This document shows, piece after piece, positions 29,199-39,473 of a stretch of 64,000 bases of DNA (position 1 is the first letter of the stretch; each line of letters begins with the position of its first letter). Source of the DNA: Candidatus Hodarchaeota archaeon. Its GTDB lineage: Archaea > Asgardarchaeota > Lokiarchaeia > Sigyniarchaeales > SOKP01. A model generated the notes under the pieces. The model saw nothing but the letters and a program-made list of their open reading frames with translations, searched no databases and was not told the DNA's origin. The stretch is taken from assembly GCA_048886685.1 (NCBI GenBank), contig JBHLKM010000004.1:124342-188341 (forward strand), read 5' to 3'. A program made the translations under genes and the position numbers.

Positions 29199-29717
29199 AT
29201 GAAAGAAATAATTATAAAAAATTCTAAAATTAAACTTGTTCAAGGGGATATAACGGAGTTGGAAACAGATGCCATTGTTAATGCGGCAAACGCTCAACTA
29301 ATATTAGGAGGAGGGGTTGCAGGAGCAATTAAGAAGAAAGGTGGATCCTCAATTCAAGAGGAATGCAATAAAATTGGTGGTACGTTTGTGGGTGGTGCTG
29401 TTATTACAACAGGGGGAAATTTAAAAGCAAGACATGTAATTCATGCAGTAGGGCCTAGAATGGGAGAAGGGAATGAGGATGAGAAATTAAAAAATGCTAC
29501 TATTAATAGTCTAAAATTAATGGATGAGCATAAATTAAAAACAATAGCATTTCCTGCTATATCTACTGGCATATTTGGTTATCCAATCGATAGATGTTCA
29601 AAAATCATGATTTCTACAGCGAAAGAATATTTAAGTGGTAATACTCAAATTGATGAGGTTATTTTTTGCCTTTATACCGCTTCAGATTATGATATCTTTT
29701 TCAAAGAGTTAAAATGA
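29199..29717 (+). CDS. Macro domain ADP-ribose hydrolase (YmdB/MacroD-like)
   Basis: GDIT, AIVNAAN, GGGVAGAI, VIHAVGP, FPAISTGIFGYP. Confidence 0.95.
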   Translation: MKEIIIKNSKIKLVQGDITELETDAIVNAANAQLILGGGVAGAIKKKGGSSIQEECNKIGGTFVGGAVITTGGNLKARHVIHAVGPRMGEGNEDEKLKNATINSLKLMDEHKLKTIAFPAISTGIFGYPIDRCSKIMISTAKEYLSGNTQIDEVIFCLYTASDYDIFFKELK

Positions 29718-29827
29718 TTAATTTTTGACGTTACTTTTTTTATTAACGTTTAATTTATAATTAGAAGAAGAATAATTATTATTTAGAGAAAGTCGCATTA
29801 TTACTATAGTTTAAGGTTTCTCTTTAA

Positions 29828-32740
29828 ATGAGTAATTATAGATATATCAAGTTCTTTGAAGATTTAAGAGTTGGAGATGTGCCTCTCGTAGGAGGCAAAA
29901 ATGCATCACTTGGGGAATTATTAAGTTTTGGGATAGCAGTTCCACTTGGTTTTGCTGTAACTTCTACAGCTTTTGACTATGTTCTGGATACTAACTACTA
30001 TACAATTAAAGAAAAGGAAGTCTCACTTCGAGAATTGATTGCAAGAGACATAAAAAGAATATCTAATGAATTAAAATCAGAAGATATTAAAGCTGTAGAA
30101 AAAGTTGATAAAATTTGTGCAAATATTCGATATGTCATTGAGCAATCCAAAATTCCAGATTCACTCGCTGATGAGATCCTAGATGCTTATAACAAATTAA
30201 TTGAAAAGATTGGAGAAGAATCCACGTTTGCCGTGAGAAGTTCTGCTACAGCAGAAGATCTTCCTGATGCTTCTTTTGCGGGACAACAAGACACACATTT
30301 AAATATCTCTGGTGAGAAGGAAATATTGGAATATATTCTAAAGGATATGGCTTCTGTATTTACCACAAGAGCCACAATGTATCGTGAACGGGCAGGCTTT
30401 GATCACTTTTCAGTTAAACTTTCTGTAGGAGTTCAAGAAATGGCTGGTGGTTTGGGTGGAGTAAAATCTTCTGGTGTAATGTTCACAGAAGATCCTGATT
30501 CTGGTAATCCGAACGTTGTTGTTATTAGATGTACTTGGGGTTTAGGCGAATTAATTGTACAAGGTGTTGAAAAAGGGGATGAATTTATCGTCTTTAAGCA
30601 TGATCCAAAAGCTCTCAGAATTATTCGACGAGAACTTGTTAAGAAAGAGAAAATGATGATTTTTTCTGAAGGTAGGGAAAAAATTGGAACTGAAGTCGTC
30701 TCTGTGCCAGAAGAAAAGCAAACATTATACTGCTTAACAGAAGAAGAAGTCTTAACTCTTGCAGAATATGCCCAAAAAATCAGAAAACATTACGGCAGAC
30801 CGATGGATATTGAATGGGCTGTTGGCAACAACGGAAATGTTTATATTGTCCAAGCGCGTCCTGAAACTGTCCATAGCATAAAAGGTGATGTCGAGGAAAT
30901 TTTTTATCTACTTGAAAGTCCAGAGGAATTGACAGAGAAAGGTTTATTAATCGAAAATTCAGGTATTGCTATTGGTAGAAGAATTGGATATGGGAAAATA
31001 AAGGTAATAGAGTCTATAAATGATGCTCATTTGTTAAGAGAAGGAGATATCCTTATCACTGAAGAAACTAATCCTGATTGGACATCATATATGCAGAATT
31101 TAGGGGGTGTAATCACTGAAAGGGGGGGACCAACTTGTCATGCAGCAATAGTTTCAAGAGAATTAAATATTGCCTCTATAGTAGGAGCAGATGAGATAGT
31201 CCAAACAATGAAGGAAAAACAAAGGGAAGGTATTGAGTACGTTACAATTGATTGCAGTGAAGGTGAACCCAAAATATGGTTGAAAGATGTTGAATACGAT
31301 TCTGATACAATCGAATTTGCTAAACTTCCGCATACAAAAACTAAGGTATTAGTGAATTTAGGAATCCCTAAAGGAGCATTATCTGCCGGGAAGTACCCCG
31401 ATGGAACTGGATTAGCAAGATTAGAGTTTATCATCAACGATGAGGCTCAAATTCACCCGAATGCGTTAATAGATTTTGAAGCCTTAATAATGAGATATGA
31501 GATATTATTAGATCAACGAAAAAAAATAGAAAATATCAAAAAAAGTGATTTATATCATAAAGATCCTTTTAATAAAGAAATTTTTCAATTAAAGGAAACT
31601 CTTGATAATATAAGGACTCAAACCGTTGGTTATGAGGATAAAGAAGAATTTTACGTAGATAAATTAGCTGAAGGTATTGCTACAATTGCTGCTGGTGTAT
31701 GGAAAACATTGGACGATGGGAGTATAGCTGAATGTGTTGTTAGACTTTCAGATTTTAAAACAAATGAATATGCTAATCTTATTGGTGGTTGGATTTATGA
31801 AGGAGAAGAGAATAATCCTCTACTAGGTTTTCGAGGAGCATCACGTTATGTACATAATGAGTTTCAAAATGCTTTTATTTTAGAATTAAGAGCAATTAAA
31901 AAAGCTAGAGATTGGGGTTTAACAAATATAATTCCAATGGTTCCATTCTGTCGATCCCATCTTGAAGGGAAACAAATTTTAGAAATAATGGAAAGCGAAG
32001 GATTAATAAGAGGTCAAGATGACCTAAAAGTCTACGTTATGGCTGAAATTCCTTCAAATATCATATGTGCAGACTTATTTTGCCAATATTTTGATGGATT
32101 TTCTATAGGATCAAATGACCTCACAATGCTCACTTATGGAGTTGATAGAGATGAAGCAAAGTTAATTCCGATAGCGAAAGAATTTAAATATAGCACAAAT
32201 AGTGAAGCTATTCGAAGATCTCTAAGCTTTCTAATAAAAACAGCTCATGAACATGATAGAAAAGTTGGTATTTGTGGACAAGCTCCAAGTGATGACCCTG
32301 ACTTTTTAAGATTTTTAGTACGAGAAGGAATTGATTCAATTTCCTTAAATTTCGATACATTTGCCCGAGGACGAATTAATACCTGGAGAACTGAGATAAT
32401 CGAAGCTAAATTGGATGATATCAATAAATCTAAATCTTATGATTTTTTAAATGATTGTGATAAACTTATAGAAAATATCAGGATCCCAAGAGGCAAACTT
32501 CGAAATATGGTTAGAAAACAAGGTAGAAATGTAAATCCTAGACTAATTGAATCTACAGAACAATTTAACCAAATTTTTGATACTATCCAGAAGTTATCAT
32601 ATGATTTTGTAGAAGGTATTGACAAGGGAAAAATTAATAAATTCGACGATTATTTTGAAAATTTAAATAACCAGATCAAAGAATTTAAAAACAAAATTCC
32701 TTTAATGAAACGCGAAATTCGTGAATTTGGTATTTACTGA
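29828..32740 (+). CDS. ppsA: Phosphoenolpyruvate synthase (pyruvate, water dikinase)
   Basis: GGKNASLGE, AVRSSATAEDLPDASFAGQQDT, DIEWA, GGPTCHAAIVSRE (phospho-His), SIGSNDL, GICGQ. Confidence 0.95.
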   Translation: MSNYRYIKFFEDLRVGDVPLVGGKNASLGELLSFGIAVPLGFAVTSTAFDYVLDTNYYTIKEKEVSLRELIARDIKRISNELKSEDIKAVEKVDKICANIRYVIEQSKIPDSLADEILDAYNKLIEKIGEESTFAVRSSATAEDLPDASFAGQQDTHLNISGEKEILEYILKDMASVFTTRATMYRERAGFDHFSVKLSVGVQEMAGGLGGVKSSGVMFTEDPDSGNPNVVVIRCTWGLGELIVQGVEKGDEFIVFKHDPKALRIIRRELVKKEKMMIFSEGREKIGTEVVSVPEEKQTLYCLTEEEVLTLAEYAQKIRKHYGRPMDIEWAVGNNGNVYIVQARPETVHSIKGDVEEIFYLLESPEELTEKGLLIENSGIAIGRRIGYGKIKVIESINDAHLLREGDILITEETNPDWTSYMQNLGGVITERGGPTCHAAIVSRELNIASIVGADEIVQTMKEKQREGIEYVTIDCSEGEPKIWLKDVEYDSDTIEFAKLPHTKTKVLVNLGIPKGALSAGKYPDGTGLARLEFIINDEAQIHPNALIDFEALIMRYEILLDQRKKIENIKKSDLYHKDPFNKEIFQLKETLDNIRTQTVGYEDKEEFYVDKLAEGIATIAAGVWKTLDDGSIAECVVRLSDFKTNEYANLIGGWIYEGEENNPLLGFRGASRYVHNEFQNAFILELRAIKKARDWGLTNIIPMVPFCRSHLEGKQILEIMESEGLIRGQDDLKVYVMAEIPSNIICADLFCQYFDGFSIGSNDLTMLTYGVDRDEAKLIPIAKEFKYSTNSEAIRRSLSFLIKTAHEHDRKVGICGQAPSDDPDFLRFLVREGIDSISLNFDTFARGRINTWRTEIIEAKLDDINKSKSYDFLNDCDKLIENIRIPRGKLRNMVRKQGRNVNPRLIESTEQFNQIFDTIQKLSYDFVEGIDKGKINKFDDYFENLNNQIKEFKNKIPLMKREIREFGIY

Positions 32741-32835
32741 AAATTGCTTAAAATCAAAAAAATTAAATTTCAAAAAATATTTCACAATTTAAATTTCTCA
32801 CTAACTAAAAACACTATTTTTGGAGATTTCTGATC

Positions 32836-33111
32836 ATGACTAAAGGATTTAGTGATGAAGTTAAAACTGCTTTTGAAACTGTTGAGGAGCTTTTAAATGG
32901 AATGTTAGGAGATCGAAGTGTGCCCCGAAACATAAAACGGGTGGCTCAAAGGAGTATTGATGAATTACATAAGGAAGATGAGACCCCGGGTGTGATTTCC
33001 AGTAATGTAATGTATATGGTTGATGATCTTGCTCAGGACGCTAATATTCCATTTCATGCGCGCACTACAGTTTACCGAATTATTTCAATATTAGAGAACA
33101 TTAAAGATTAA
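32836..33111 (+). CDS. UPF0147-family protein
   Basis: DRSVPRNIKR...DANIPFHARTTVYRIISILE. Confidence 0.9.
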   Translation: MTKGFSDEVKTAFETVEELLNGMLGDRSVPRNIKRVAQRSIDELHKEDETPGVISSNVMYMVDDLAQDANIPFHARTTVYRIISILENIKD

Positions 33112-33242
33112 AAAAGTGTATAAACGATTCTCTTTCTACTTATTTTTTAACCAATTATTTATTAAACCGAAAGGTCATATAATAAGTTAAGATTATATCT
33201 TTTTCCAATAAATTATACGAATTAATTTGGTGGATTATACTT

Positions 33243-33956
33243 TTGGCTATAGAAGATATAAATGGATGGGTTGATGGTATTACCGCAACCGGAGTAGTTC
33301 TTCTTGGTATCATATTCGGTTTATTCTTCATCTACAAATCACGAAAAACTGGTGCAAAACTACTTTTATATTTAGGCTTAGCAAATGTACTTGCAGGATT
33401 AATGTTTTTAGGAGTATTCATGGATTTCTTATTTGTTATATTATTAAAAGAGAATATAAAAAACAATGGAACAGTTGCCATATTATCATATATCTGGTTT
33501 GCGCCTGTTATTATTACTGCAATGTATATTGGAACAGAACTTTTAATACCAAAAATAAAACTACATATCTTTATAATAGTTTTAATTATCTCCATATTCT
33601 TTGAGATAATAATCTTCATGGATCCTCTAAATTCTTTTAATTTTAATCCAGAACCACCAATACCACAAACTGAAAATTTAATTGATTATAATGTAAATTT
33701 ATTTACCCTAGCAGGTATGGTGATGGGAGGTTTACTATTGGTTGTTATAATCTTTCTTGGGTTAGGATTTCTCTTAAAAGGTTTGAAATCTTCAGGAGTA
33801 ATAAGAAAAAATTTCTTGTTCTTATCAGGAGGTTCTTTATGCTTCTGCATATTCGGATTACTAGAAGGATTGACAGTTCCTGGATTTCTTGTGATTGTAG
33901 TGAGGATAGGTTATCTTAGCTCATTTTGGCTGATGTATCTTGGATTAAAAGATTAA
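33243..33956 (+). CDS. Stand-alone seven-TM membrane protein
   Basis: Seven hydrophobic segments, a Pro-rich loop between TM4 and TM5, and no soluble domain. Confidence 0.75.
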   Translation: MAIEDINGWVDGITATGVVLLGIIFGLFFIYKSRKTGAKLLLYLGLANVLAGLMFLGVFMDFLFVILLKENIKNNGTVAILSYIWFAPVIITAMYIGTELLIPKIKLHIFIIVLIISIFFEIIIFMDPLNSFNFNPEPPIPQTENLIDYNVNLFTLAGMVMGGLLLVVIIFLGLGFLLKGLKSSGVIRKNFLFLSGGSLCFCIFGLLEGLTVPGFLVIVVRIGYLSSFWLMYLGLKD

Positions 33957-34070
33957 CGCAATTTTTTTTTCTTATCGATCATTATTTATAGTATTAAATT
34001 TTATTACTAGTTATATTAACATTATATCCAAATAATTACAATTCGGTATTATCAACGTTTTTTATCTATC

Positions 34071-35111
34071 ATGGAAAGGCAAATAATCAAAGCTCTTATA
34101 TATAGTAATTTAGATGATGAAATCGGCCCTAATCCTAAAGCATATTCTCCCCAAGATTTTTCTCAACTAAATCTATTGCATATTAGTGTTAAAACTTTTG
34201 CAATTCTTACAGGTGAGAGAGGAATGATACCTGAGTCTTTAGTTATTTTACCATTTCCATCTCTGCAATTAAAAGCTTTGATTAAATATATTCAATGGAA
34301 AGATCCTGATATACGAGGAGGTATTGGTCAATCTAATATAGCTTTATTATTTCAAGAGATGGATGATGTAATTTTCTATAAGTACTTGAAAGAATTTTCA
34401 AATACTTTTGACGATATTGCTCAAAATATTGCTTTCTTAGAAAGATCCAAGGCAAGTAAAGAGGAATTTGGTGATGAATTAAAAAATCTTGAAGCTTCAA
34501 TAACAGAGCTTATAGAAAAATTAAAAAATCAAGAACTAACAGAATATAGGATTGAGGCATTAGCAGAGGAAATAGATAGAAGTTTGATTGATTATCAATT
34601 CAAGATAATAGTTGTAGGAGATCCAACTGTTGGAAAAACAAGCTTAATCTTAAGGTATACTAATAATGCGTTCAGAAGATCATATGTATCAACCCTAGGT
34701 GTTCATGTTTCAAATAAGATATTTAAAACTGAAGACTCCACTATTATCCAGCTTGTTTTATGGGATGTAGGGGGTCAAGAAAGGTTTAAACTTATGAGAA
34801 AACAGTTTTATCAAGGATCTGATGCTATTCTTTTGGTTTTTGATTTAACTAACCCTGAAACTTTTAGCAATATCCCCGTCTGGTTTTTAGATATAAAGAA
34901 ACAGATTAATAAGCTGGATGAAGATTTTACAGGTTATATCATTGGAAACAAAAAAGATTTAAAGGAGGATATAAAAATAACTGCTGATAATGCTCAAAAG
35001 CTAGCCGATCAAATGAATTTAAAATATCTTGAAACTTCTGCTTTATCTGGGGAAAATGTAGATTATGCCTTCACAACACTCGCAAAATTCCTTTACGAGT
35101 CGCGAAAGTGA
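34071..35111 (+). CDS. uDENN/longin-like domain + Rab-like small GTPase
   Basis: LDDEIGPNP; DPDIRGG; GDPTVGKTS, YVSTLGV, WDVGGQERF, GNKKD, ETSAL. Confidence 0.9.
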   Translation: MERQIIKALIYSNLDDEIGPNPKAYSPQDFSQLNLLHISVKTFAILTGERGMIPESLVILPFPSLQLKALIKYIQWKDPDIRGGIGQSNIALLFQEMDDVIFYKYLKEFSNTFDDIAQNIAFLERSKASKEEFGDELKNLEASITELIEKLKNQELTEYRIEALAEEIDRSLIDYQFKIIVVGDPTVGKTSLILRYTNNAFRRSYVSTLGVHVSNKIFKTEDSTIIQLVLWDVGGQERFKLMRKQFYQGSDAILLVFDLTNPETFSNIPVWFLDIKKQINKLDEDFTGYIIGNKKDLKEDIKITADNAQKLADQMNLKYLETSALSGENVDYAFTTLAKFLYESRK

Positions 35112-35271
35112 TAAAGAATGAATTTTTCGTGAAAGGTTAGTTTCACGACCAATCAAATTGATTTAGACTTATAATGATAAATATGATTCAATCTTTTATT
35201 ATTTATATCCTATAAGATGAACTCATTTAATCATGAAAAAACTATTTTATATATAACTGCACTCAATAATT

Positions 35272-36303
35272 ATGTCTGAAGAGATTATCAAGGCAATCAT
35301 ATATATTTCGCTTGACGAGTCCATAGGACCCAATCCTCTTTTATGGATTCCACTTGATTTATCAGAAAGGATTAGAATGGGAGTAAGTATTAAGACTATT
35401 ACTATGCTTACTACAGATCAAGGAATCGTTCCTAATTCATTAGTCATTATGCCGTTCCCTGCATTCAAATTAAAGGGAATTATCAAATATATTGAGAGAG
35501 AAGATAATTCTCGACGAGGGGGGATTGCTTTGTCATCAATTGCTCTATTGTTTAATGAGGCAGATGATCTTATTTTTTATAAGTACATGGATTATCTTGA
35601 GCCTGCGTTTTCTAAATATGCAGAAAATATCATTGAATTAGAAAATGCAAATGTAAATATTGATGATATATTTGTTGAGATAAATAAACTTCGAAGTGAA
35701 TTATCAGGTATTCTTAAAGATTTGTATAATAAAGAGAAAGCGACTTTAGAGTTAGAAGCTTTTCCTGAGCAGAAAGAAATAGGGGAAGAGATATTAGAAT
35801 TTGTTTTTAAAGTGGTGGTATGTGGTGATCAGGGTGTTGGTAAAACAAGTACAATATTGCGGTTTACTGATAATGCTTTTATGCGTACGTACGTCCCAAC
35901 ACTAGGTGTAAACATTACAGAAAAGGTAATAAAAGTAAAGGATAAACCTGTTAATTTAATTCTTTGGGATATTGCAGGTCAAGCTAAATTTGAATTAATG
36001 AGGCGACACTTTTATCAAGGCGTTAATATAGTTATTTTAATATTTGATCTTACAAACCCTAAATCATTGGAGAATGTATCTAAATGGTACAATGATATAA
36101 GAAAATATCAAAGGGAATTTATTGGTTTCATTTTGGGAAATAAAGAAGATTTAGTTGATGAGAGAAAAATCCTTTTTGAGGAAGCTTTAAAGATAGCTGA
36201 AACTCTAAACCTTAAATATTTTGAGACATCTGCAAAAACTGGTAAGAATATTGAAGAGAGTTTTTATAAGATAGCAGAAACTTTAGTTAAATCAAATGAA
36301 TAA
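35272..36303 (+). CDS. uDENN/longin-like domain + Rab-like small GTPase (tandem paralogue)
   Basis: LDESIGPNPLLWIP; DNSRRGG; GDQGVGKTS, YVPTLGV, WDIAGQ, GNKED, ETSAKTG. Confidence 0.9.
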   Translation: MSEEIIKAIIYISLDESIGPNPLLWIPLDLSERIRMGVSIKTITMLTTDQGIVPNSLVIMPFPAFKLKGIIKYIEREDNSRRGGIALSSIALLFNEADDLIFYKYMDYLEPAFSKYAENIIELENANVNIDDIFVEINKLRSELSGILKDLYNKEKATLELEAFPEQKEIGEEILEFVFKVVVCGDQGVGKTSTILRFTDNAFMRTYVPTLGVNITEKVIKVKDKPVNLILWDIAGQAKFELMRRHFYQGVNIVILIFDLTNPKSLENVSKWYNDIRKYQREFIGFILGNKEDLVDERKILFEEALKIAETLNLKYFETSAKTGKNIEESFYKIAETLVKSNE

Positions 36304-36322
36304 TTAAAAATCAGATGAAAAA

Positions 36323-36898
36323 ATGAATATAGAGGATATTATTTATAGGAGGAGAACAATCAGAAGATTTAAACAAGAGCCGATTTCTTTAGATACATTA
36401 AAAAAATTAATAGATTTTGCTCGGGTTGCTCCTATGGCAAGGAATGTTCAAGCACTTGAATTTATTATCGTTGAGAATGCTGAAGTAAGGGAAAAATTAT
36501 TCCCATTAGTAAGTTGGGCAGGATCTTTACCTGCAGATCAAAGAACACCTGAAAATGGAAGAGAACCCACTGGTTATATTATAGTTTTAGTAAATACTAA
36601 AATCAAAAAGGTATATGTAGATTTTGATGTAGGTGCTGCCGTTGAAAATATATTACTTGGAGCAGCAAGTTTTGGGATCGGAACTTGCTGGATGGGTGCA
36701 ATCAACTTTAAAAAAATAAGAGAATTATTTGAAATCCCTGAACATTATGATATAAAACAGGTAATTAGTTTAGGATATCCTGATGAAGAATCGGTTATGG
36801 AAACGTACAAAGATTCATTTACATATTGGAAAGATTCTAATGGAAAGATGCATGTTCCCAAAAGGGAATTAGATGATATAATTCTTAAAACATACTAA
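36323..36898 (+). CDS. Nitroreductase-family protein
   Basis: RRRTIRRF, APMARNVQ, DVGAAVENILL, GIGTCW, LGYP. Confidence 0.9.
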   Translation: MNIEDIIYRRRTIRRFKQEPISLDTLKKLIDFARVAPMARNVQALEFIIVENAEVREKLFPLVSWAGSLPADQRTPENGREPTGYIIVLVNTKIKKVYVDFDVGAAVENILLGAASFGIGTCWMGAINFKKIRELFEIPEHYDIKQVISLGYPDEESVMETYKDSFTYWKDSNGKMHVPKRELDDIILKTY

Positions 36899-36941
36899 TT
36901 AGTAATTTCTTTAAAAAATTTAAAAAGGAATAATAAAAAAA

Positions 36942-37535
36942 TTATTTAACTTCGATTTTCTTCTTTTCTTTTTTCTCTTCTTCTTTTTTAGGTAATTTCA
37001 GAGTTAATATTCCCTTTTCAAGCTTAGCGTCAATATTCTCCTCATCTATATTTTCAGGGATCATAAAACTTCTATGATAACTTGCACTGTGATATTCTCT
37101 CCTGACATAACCATCTTTCTTCTCTTCATGTTCATTCTTTTGTTCTCCTTTAATCTCTAAAACACCATCATGAACTGAAATTTCTATGTCACCCTTATCT
37201 ATACCGGGTAATTCAGCAGTAATACTATAATTATCACCATTATCCGTTATATTTGTGAGAGGTGTTCGGAAAAACTTCTCTTCGTCAAAAATTTTAAGAT
37301 TAAATGGCTCAAAATCCCAGAATCTAGAAGGTCTCCATAAATTGTTGAAATATCTATCTAAATCATCAAATAAATGGTCAAATCTTTTAAATATCGAAAG
37401 TGGTTTGTAGCGTCTTAACTGAATTGCACCTTTTTTAACATCCTCTTTAGGATGTTCTTCTTCTTTAATATCTATGCTTTCTTTTTCTTTTATATCTGAC
37501 ACAATTTTTACCTCCATTATTTTGTTTATTGTCAA
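36942..37535 (-). CDS. Small heat-shock protein (Hsp20); start probably GTG 37502
   Basis: AELPGI, GVLEIKGE, AKLEKGILTLKLPK, KIEVK tail; GGAGGT precedes GTG 37502. Confidence 0.93.
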   Translation of the reverse strand: MTINKIMEVKIVSDIKEKESIDIKEEEHPKEDVKKGAIQLRRYKPLSIFKRFDHLFDDLDRYFNNLWRPSRFWDFEPFNLKIFDEEKFFRTPLTNITDNGDNYSITAELPGIDKGDIEISVHDGVLEIKGEQKNEHEEKKDGYVRREYHSASYHRSFMIPENIDEENIDAKLEKGILTLKLPKKEEEKKEKKKIEVK

Positions 37536-37714
37536 TCATGCATTGGCAATCCATATTTAACATATATTGATTTACATATTTAAATGTTTTGTTTAAATCC
37601 AATATTATTAAAAATAGATAGTCTGATATGAATAATCCTTTTGATTGAAATATAATTGCTATTACAATTAACCGCTTTGTACTATTGAACCAATATTAGT
37701 AGAGTAAATAGTTT

Positions 37715-39388
37715 TCAATTAGTAATTTCTTCTTCTTCTACGTTTAATAATAATTTGAAAGTACTCCCTTTCCCAAATTTGCTTTTTACTAGAATATCTC
37801 CTCCTAAAAGATTTGCTAATTTTTTAGAGAGATGAAGTCCTAGGCCACTCCCTTCTTCGAATTTCCCAGATTCATCAATTCGACTAAATGGTTTAAATAA
37901 TTTTTTTATATCTTCTTTTTGTATTCCTAGTCCAGTATCTTTAACTGAGATAACAATTTCCCTTTTTGATGTTCGAACTTTTATCGTAATTATTCCTTTA
38001 TCCGTGAATTTTACTGCGTTTCCAATTAGATTTAAAAGAATTTGGTTTATTCGCTTCTTATCATTGTAGATTGTAAGATGTTCGGGAGTATCCATGAACA
38101 TTTCTAGTTCTTTTTCCTTAATAGCAACATCAAATGTATCTTTCAGGATAGCTAGCTCATTTATAAGATCAAATCTCTGTTTTCTTACGTTCAATTTATC
38201 AATTTCTATTTTAGCAATATCAATTACGTCATTAATTAATTCATGTAAATGATTTGCGCTATTTAGAATAATATTAAGCTGCTTTTCTTGTTCTTTATTT
38301 ATTTCTCCAGTTCTACCCTTCAAAATCGTATTAGCAAAACCTATAATTGAAGTTAATGGCGTTTTTAATTCATGACTTATGCTTGCTAAAAAATTAACTT
38401 CTTGTGGTCTAGTAAACATTGCTAAAAAATCAGCTTTAAAATCTTCATCAGCTTCATGTGTTTCTTGACTTACCGAAACAATTTCAGATTTTATATCTCT
38501 TATTATTAAAAGAAATAAGAAGAGTATATAGAAAAAGGCTATAAAAAACATAATGATAAACAATGGATTAAATCCTTCCGGAATTCCTTCTACTATATCA
38601 ATAAATATCAAAGCTATGAGGATAGGAAAAGTTAAAATAGCGAATGATAACCAATAAGTTAAAGCTCGAGAAATAATCTTAGGATTAATAATTATTGGTA
38701 ATATAATTATGCAGCAACCTAACATAAAAAGAATCGGACTCAATTCTAATGGGTAAACATCAATCTTTTTATGAGCTCTTTCTGCTAGTACTAATGAAAT
38801 CATGAATAAAATAAATCCGAACAATAAAAATGAAGAAACAGCCTTAAACTCAAGATGTGACCACTTTGTATAAAGATATAAGATAAATGGAACAAGGATT
38901 ATTAATGCGGGAAATAAAAATATATTAAAAATACCTCTTGTCAAATCATAGTCAAGAGATAGAATCTCTATTATTATTATAATTATTATAATAATTATAA
39001 AACCTGTAGTGAGAAGGAATTTTGTTCGCTTTATTATTATTTCGAAAGCCAATGCGAAGATCATACCTGCTAATCCAACCAAGATATAACTTAACGTGCC
39101 GAAAAATTCATAATCTGCTGTATCCGAATAGAAACCGCAGAAAAAAAAGTTATTAAACTCAATTACTTCGAGTTGAAGAACTTGGAAGAATGTGAAAAAC
39201 AAACTAATTGCAAAACCAAGAGGTAAACTTGCTAGTCCTAACATAATGATTCTTTCATTAAAGACTTCTCTTTTTCGAGCTATATGTATAAAATATAAGC
39301 CACACATTATTGCTATTATAAAAGCAGTCCCCCACAAAAATCGTTCAAGGGGATTCCATATCATTACCGGTTCATTCGGACATGCCAT
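37715..39388 (-). CDS. Multi-TM sensor histidine kinase (HisKA + HATPase_c)
   Basis: About 10 TM segments; H box FLASISHELKTPL, N box NLIGNAVKFT, G1 DTGLGI, F box LFKPF, G2 GSGLGL. ATG 39388 preceded by GAGG is preferred over 39451. Confidence 0.93.
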   Translation of the reverse strand: MACPNEPVMIWNPLERFLWGTAFIIAIMCGLYFIHIARKREVFNERIIMLGLASLPLGFAISLFFTFFQVLQLEVIEFNNFFFCGFYSDTADYEFFGTLSYILVGLAGMIFALAFEIIIKRTKFLLTTGFIIIIIIIIIIEILSLDYDLTRGIFNIFLFPALIILVPFILYLYTKWSHLEFKAVSSFLLFGFILFMISLVLAERAHKKIDVYPLELSPILFMLGCCIIILPIIINPKIISRALTYWLSFAILTFPILIALIFIDIVEGIPEGFNPLFIIMFFIAFFYILFLFLLIIRDIKSEIVSVSQETHEADEDFKADFLAMFTRPQEVNFLASISHELKTPLTSIIGFANTILKGRTGEINKEQEKQLNIILNSANHLHELINDVIDIAKIEIDKLNVRKQRFDLINELAILKDTFDVAIKEKELEMFMDTPEHLTIYNDKKRINQILLNLIGNAVKFTDKGIITIKVRTSKREIVISVKDTGLGIQKEDIKKLFKPFSRIDESGKFEEGSGLGLHLSKKLANLLGGDILVKSKFGKGSTFKLLLNVEEEEITN

Positions 39389-39473
39389 ATTTTCGTCCTC
39401 TCTATACAAATTGAATGTTACATTTAAATTTAATAATAACATAAATATCAATATTATTCATGAGGGAGTTAAA
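39389..39473. promoter_or_regulatory. Divergent promoter region shared by the histidine kinase and receiver genes
   Basis: 85-bp AT-rich spacer between head-to-head starts, with a TTTAAATTTAATAA tract and an SD-like purine run before each start. Confidence 0.5.

Noticed and set aside
33243-33956. Rhodopsin call for the 7TM protein
   Set aside because: There is no Lys in TM7 for a retinal Schiff base and no DxxxK or SxxxK motif.
39192-39473. 94-aa N-terminal extension of the response regulator given in the ORF track
   Set aside because: It is antisense to the kinase TM-coding region and spans the promoter. The REC domain starts cleanly at ATG 39474 after GAGGGAG.
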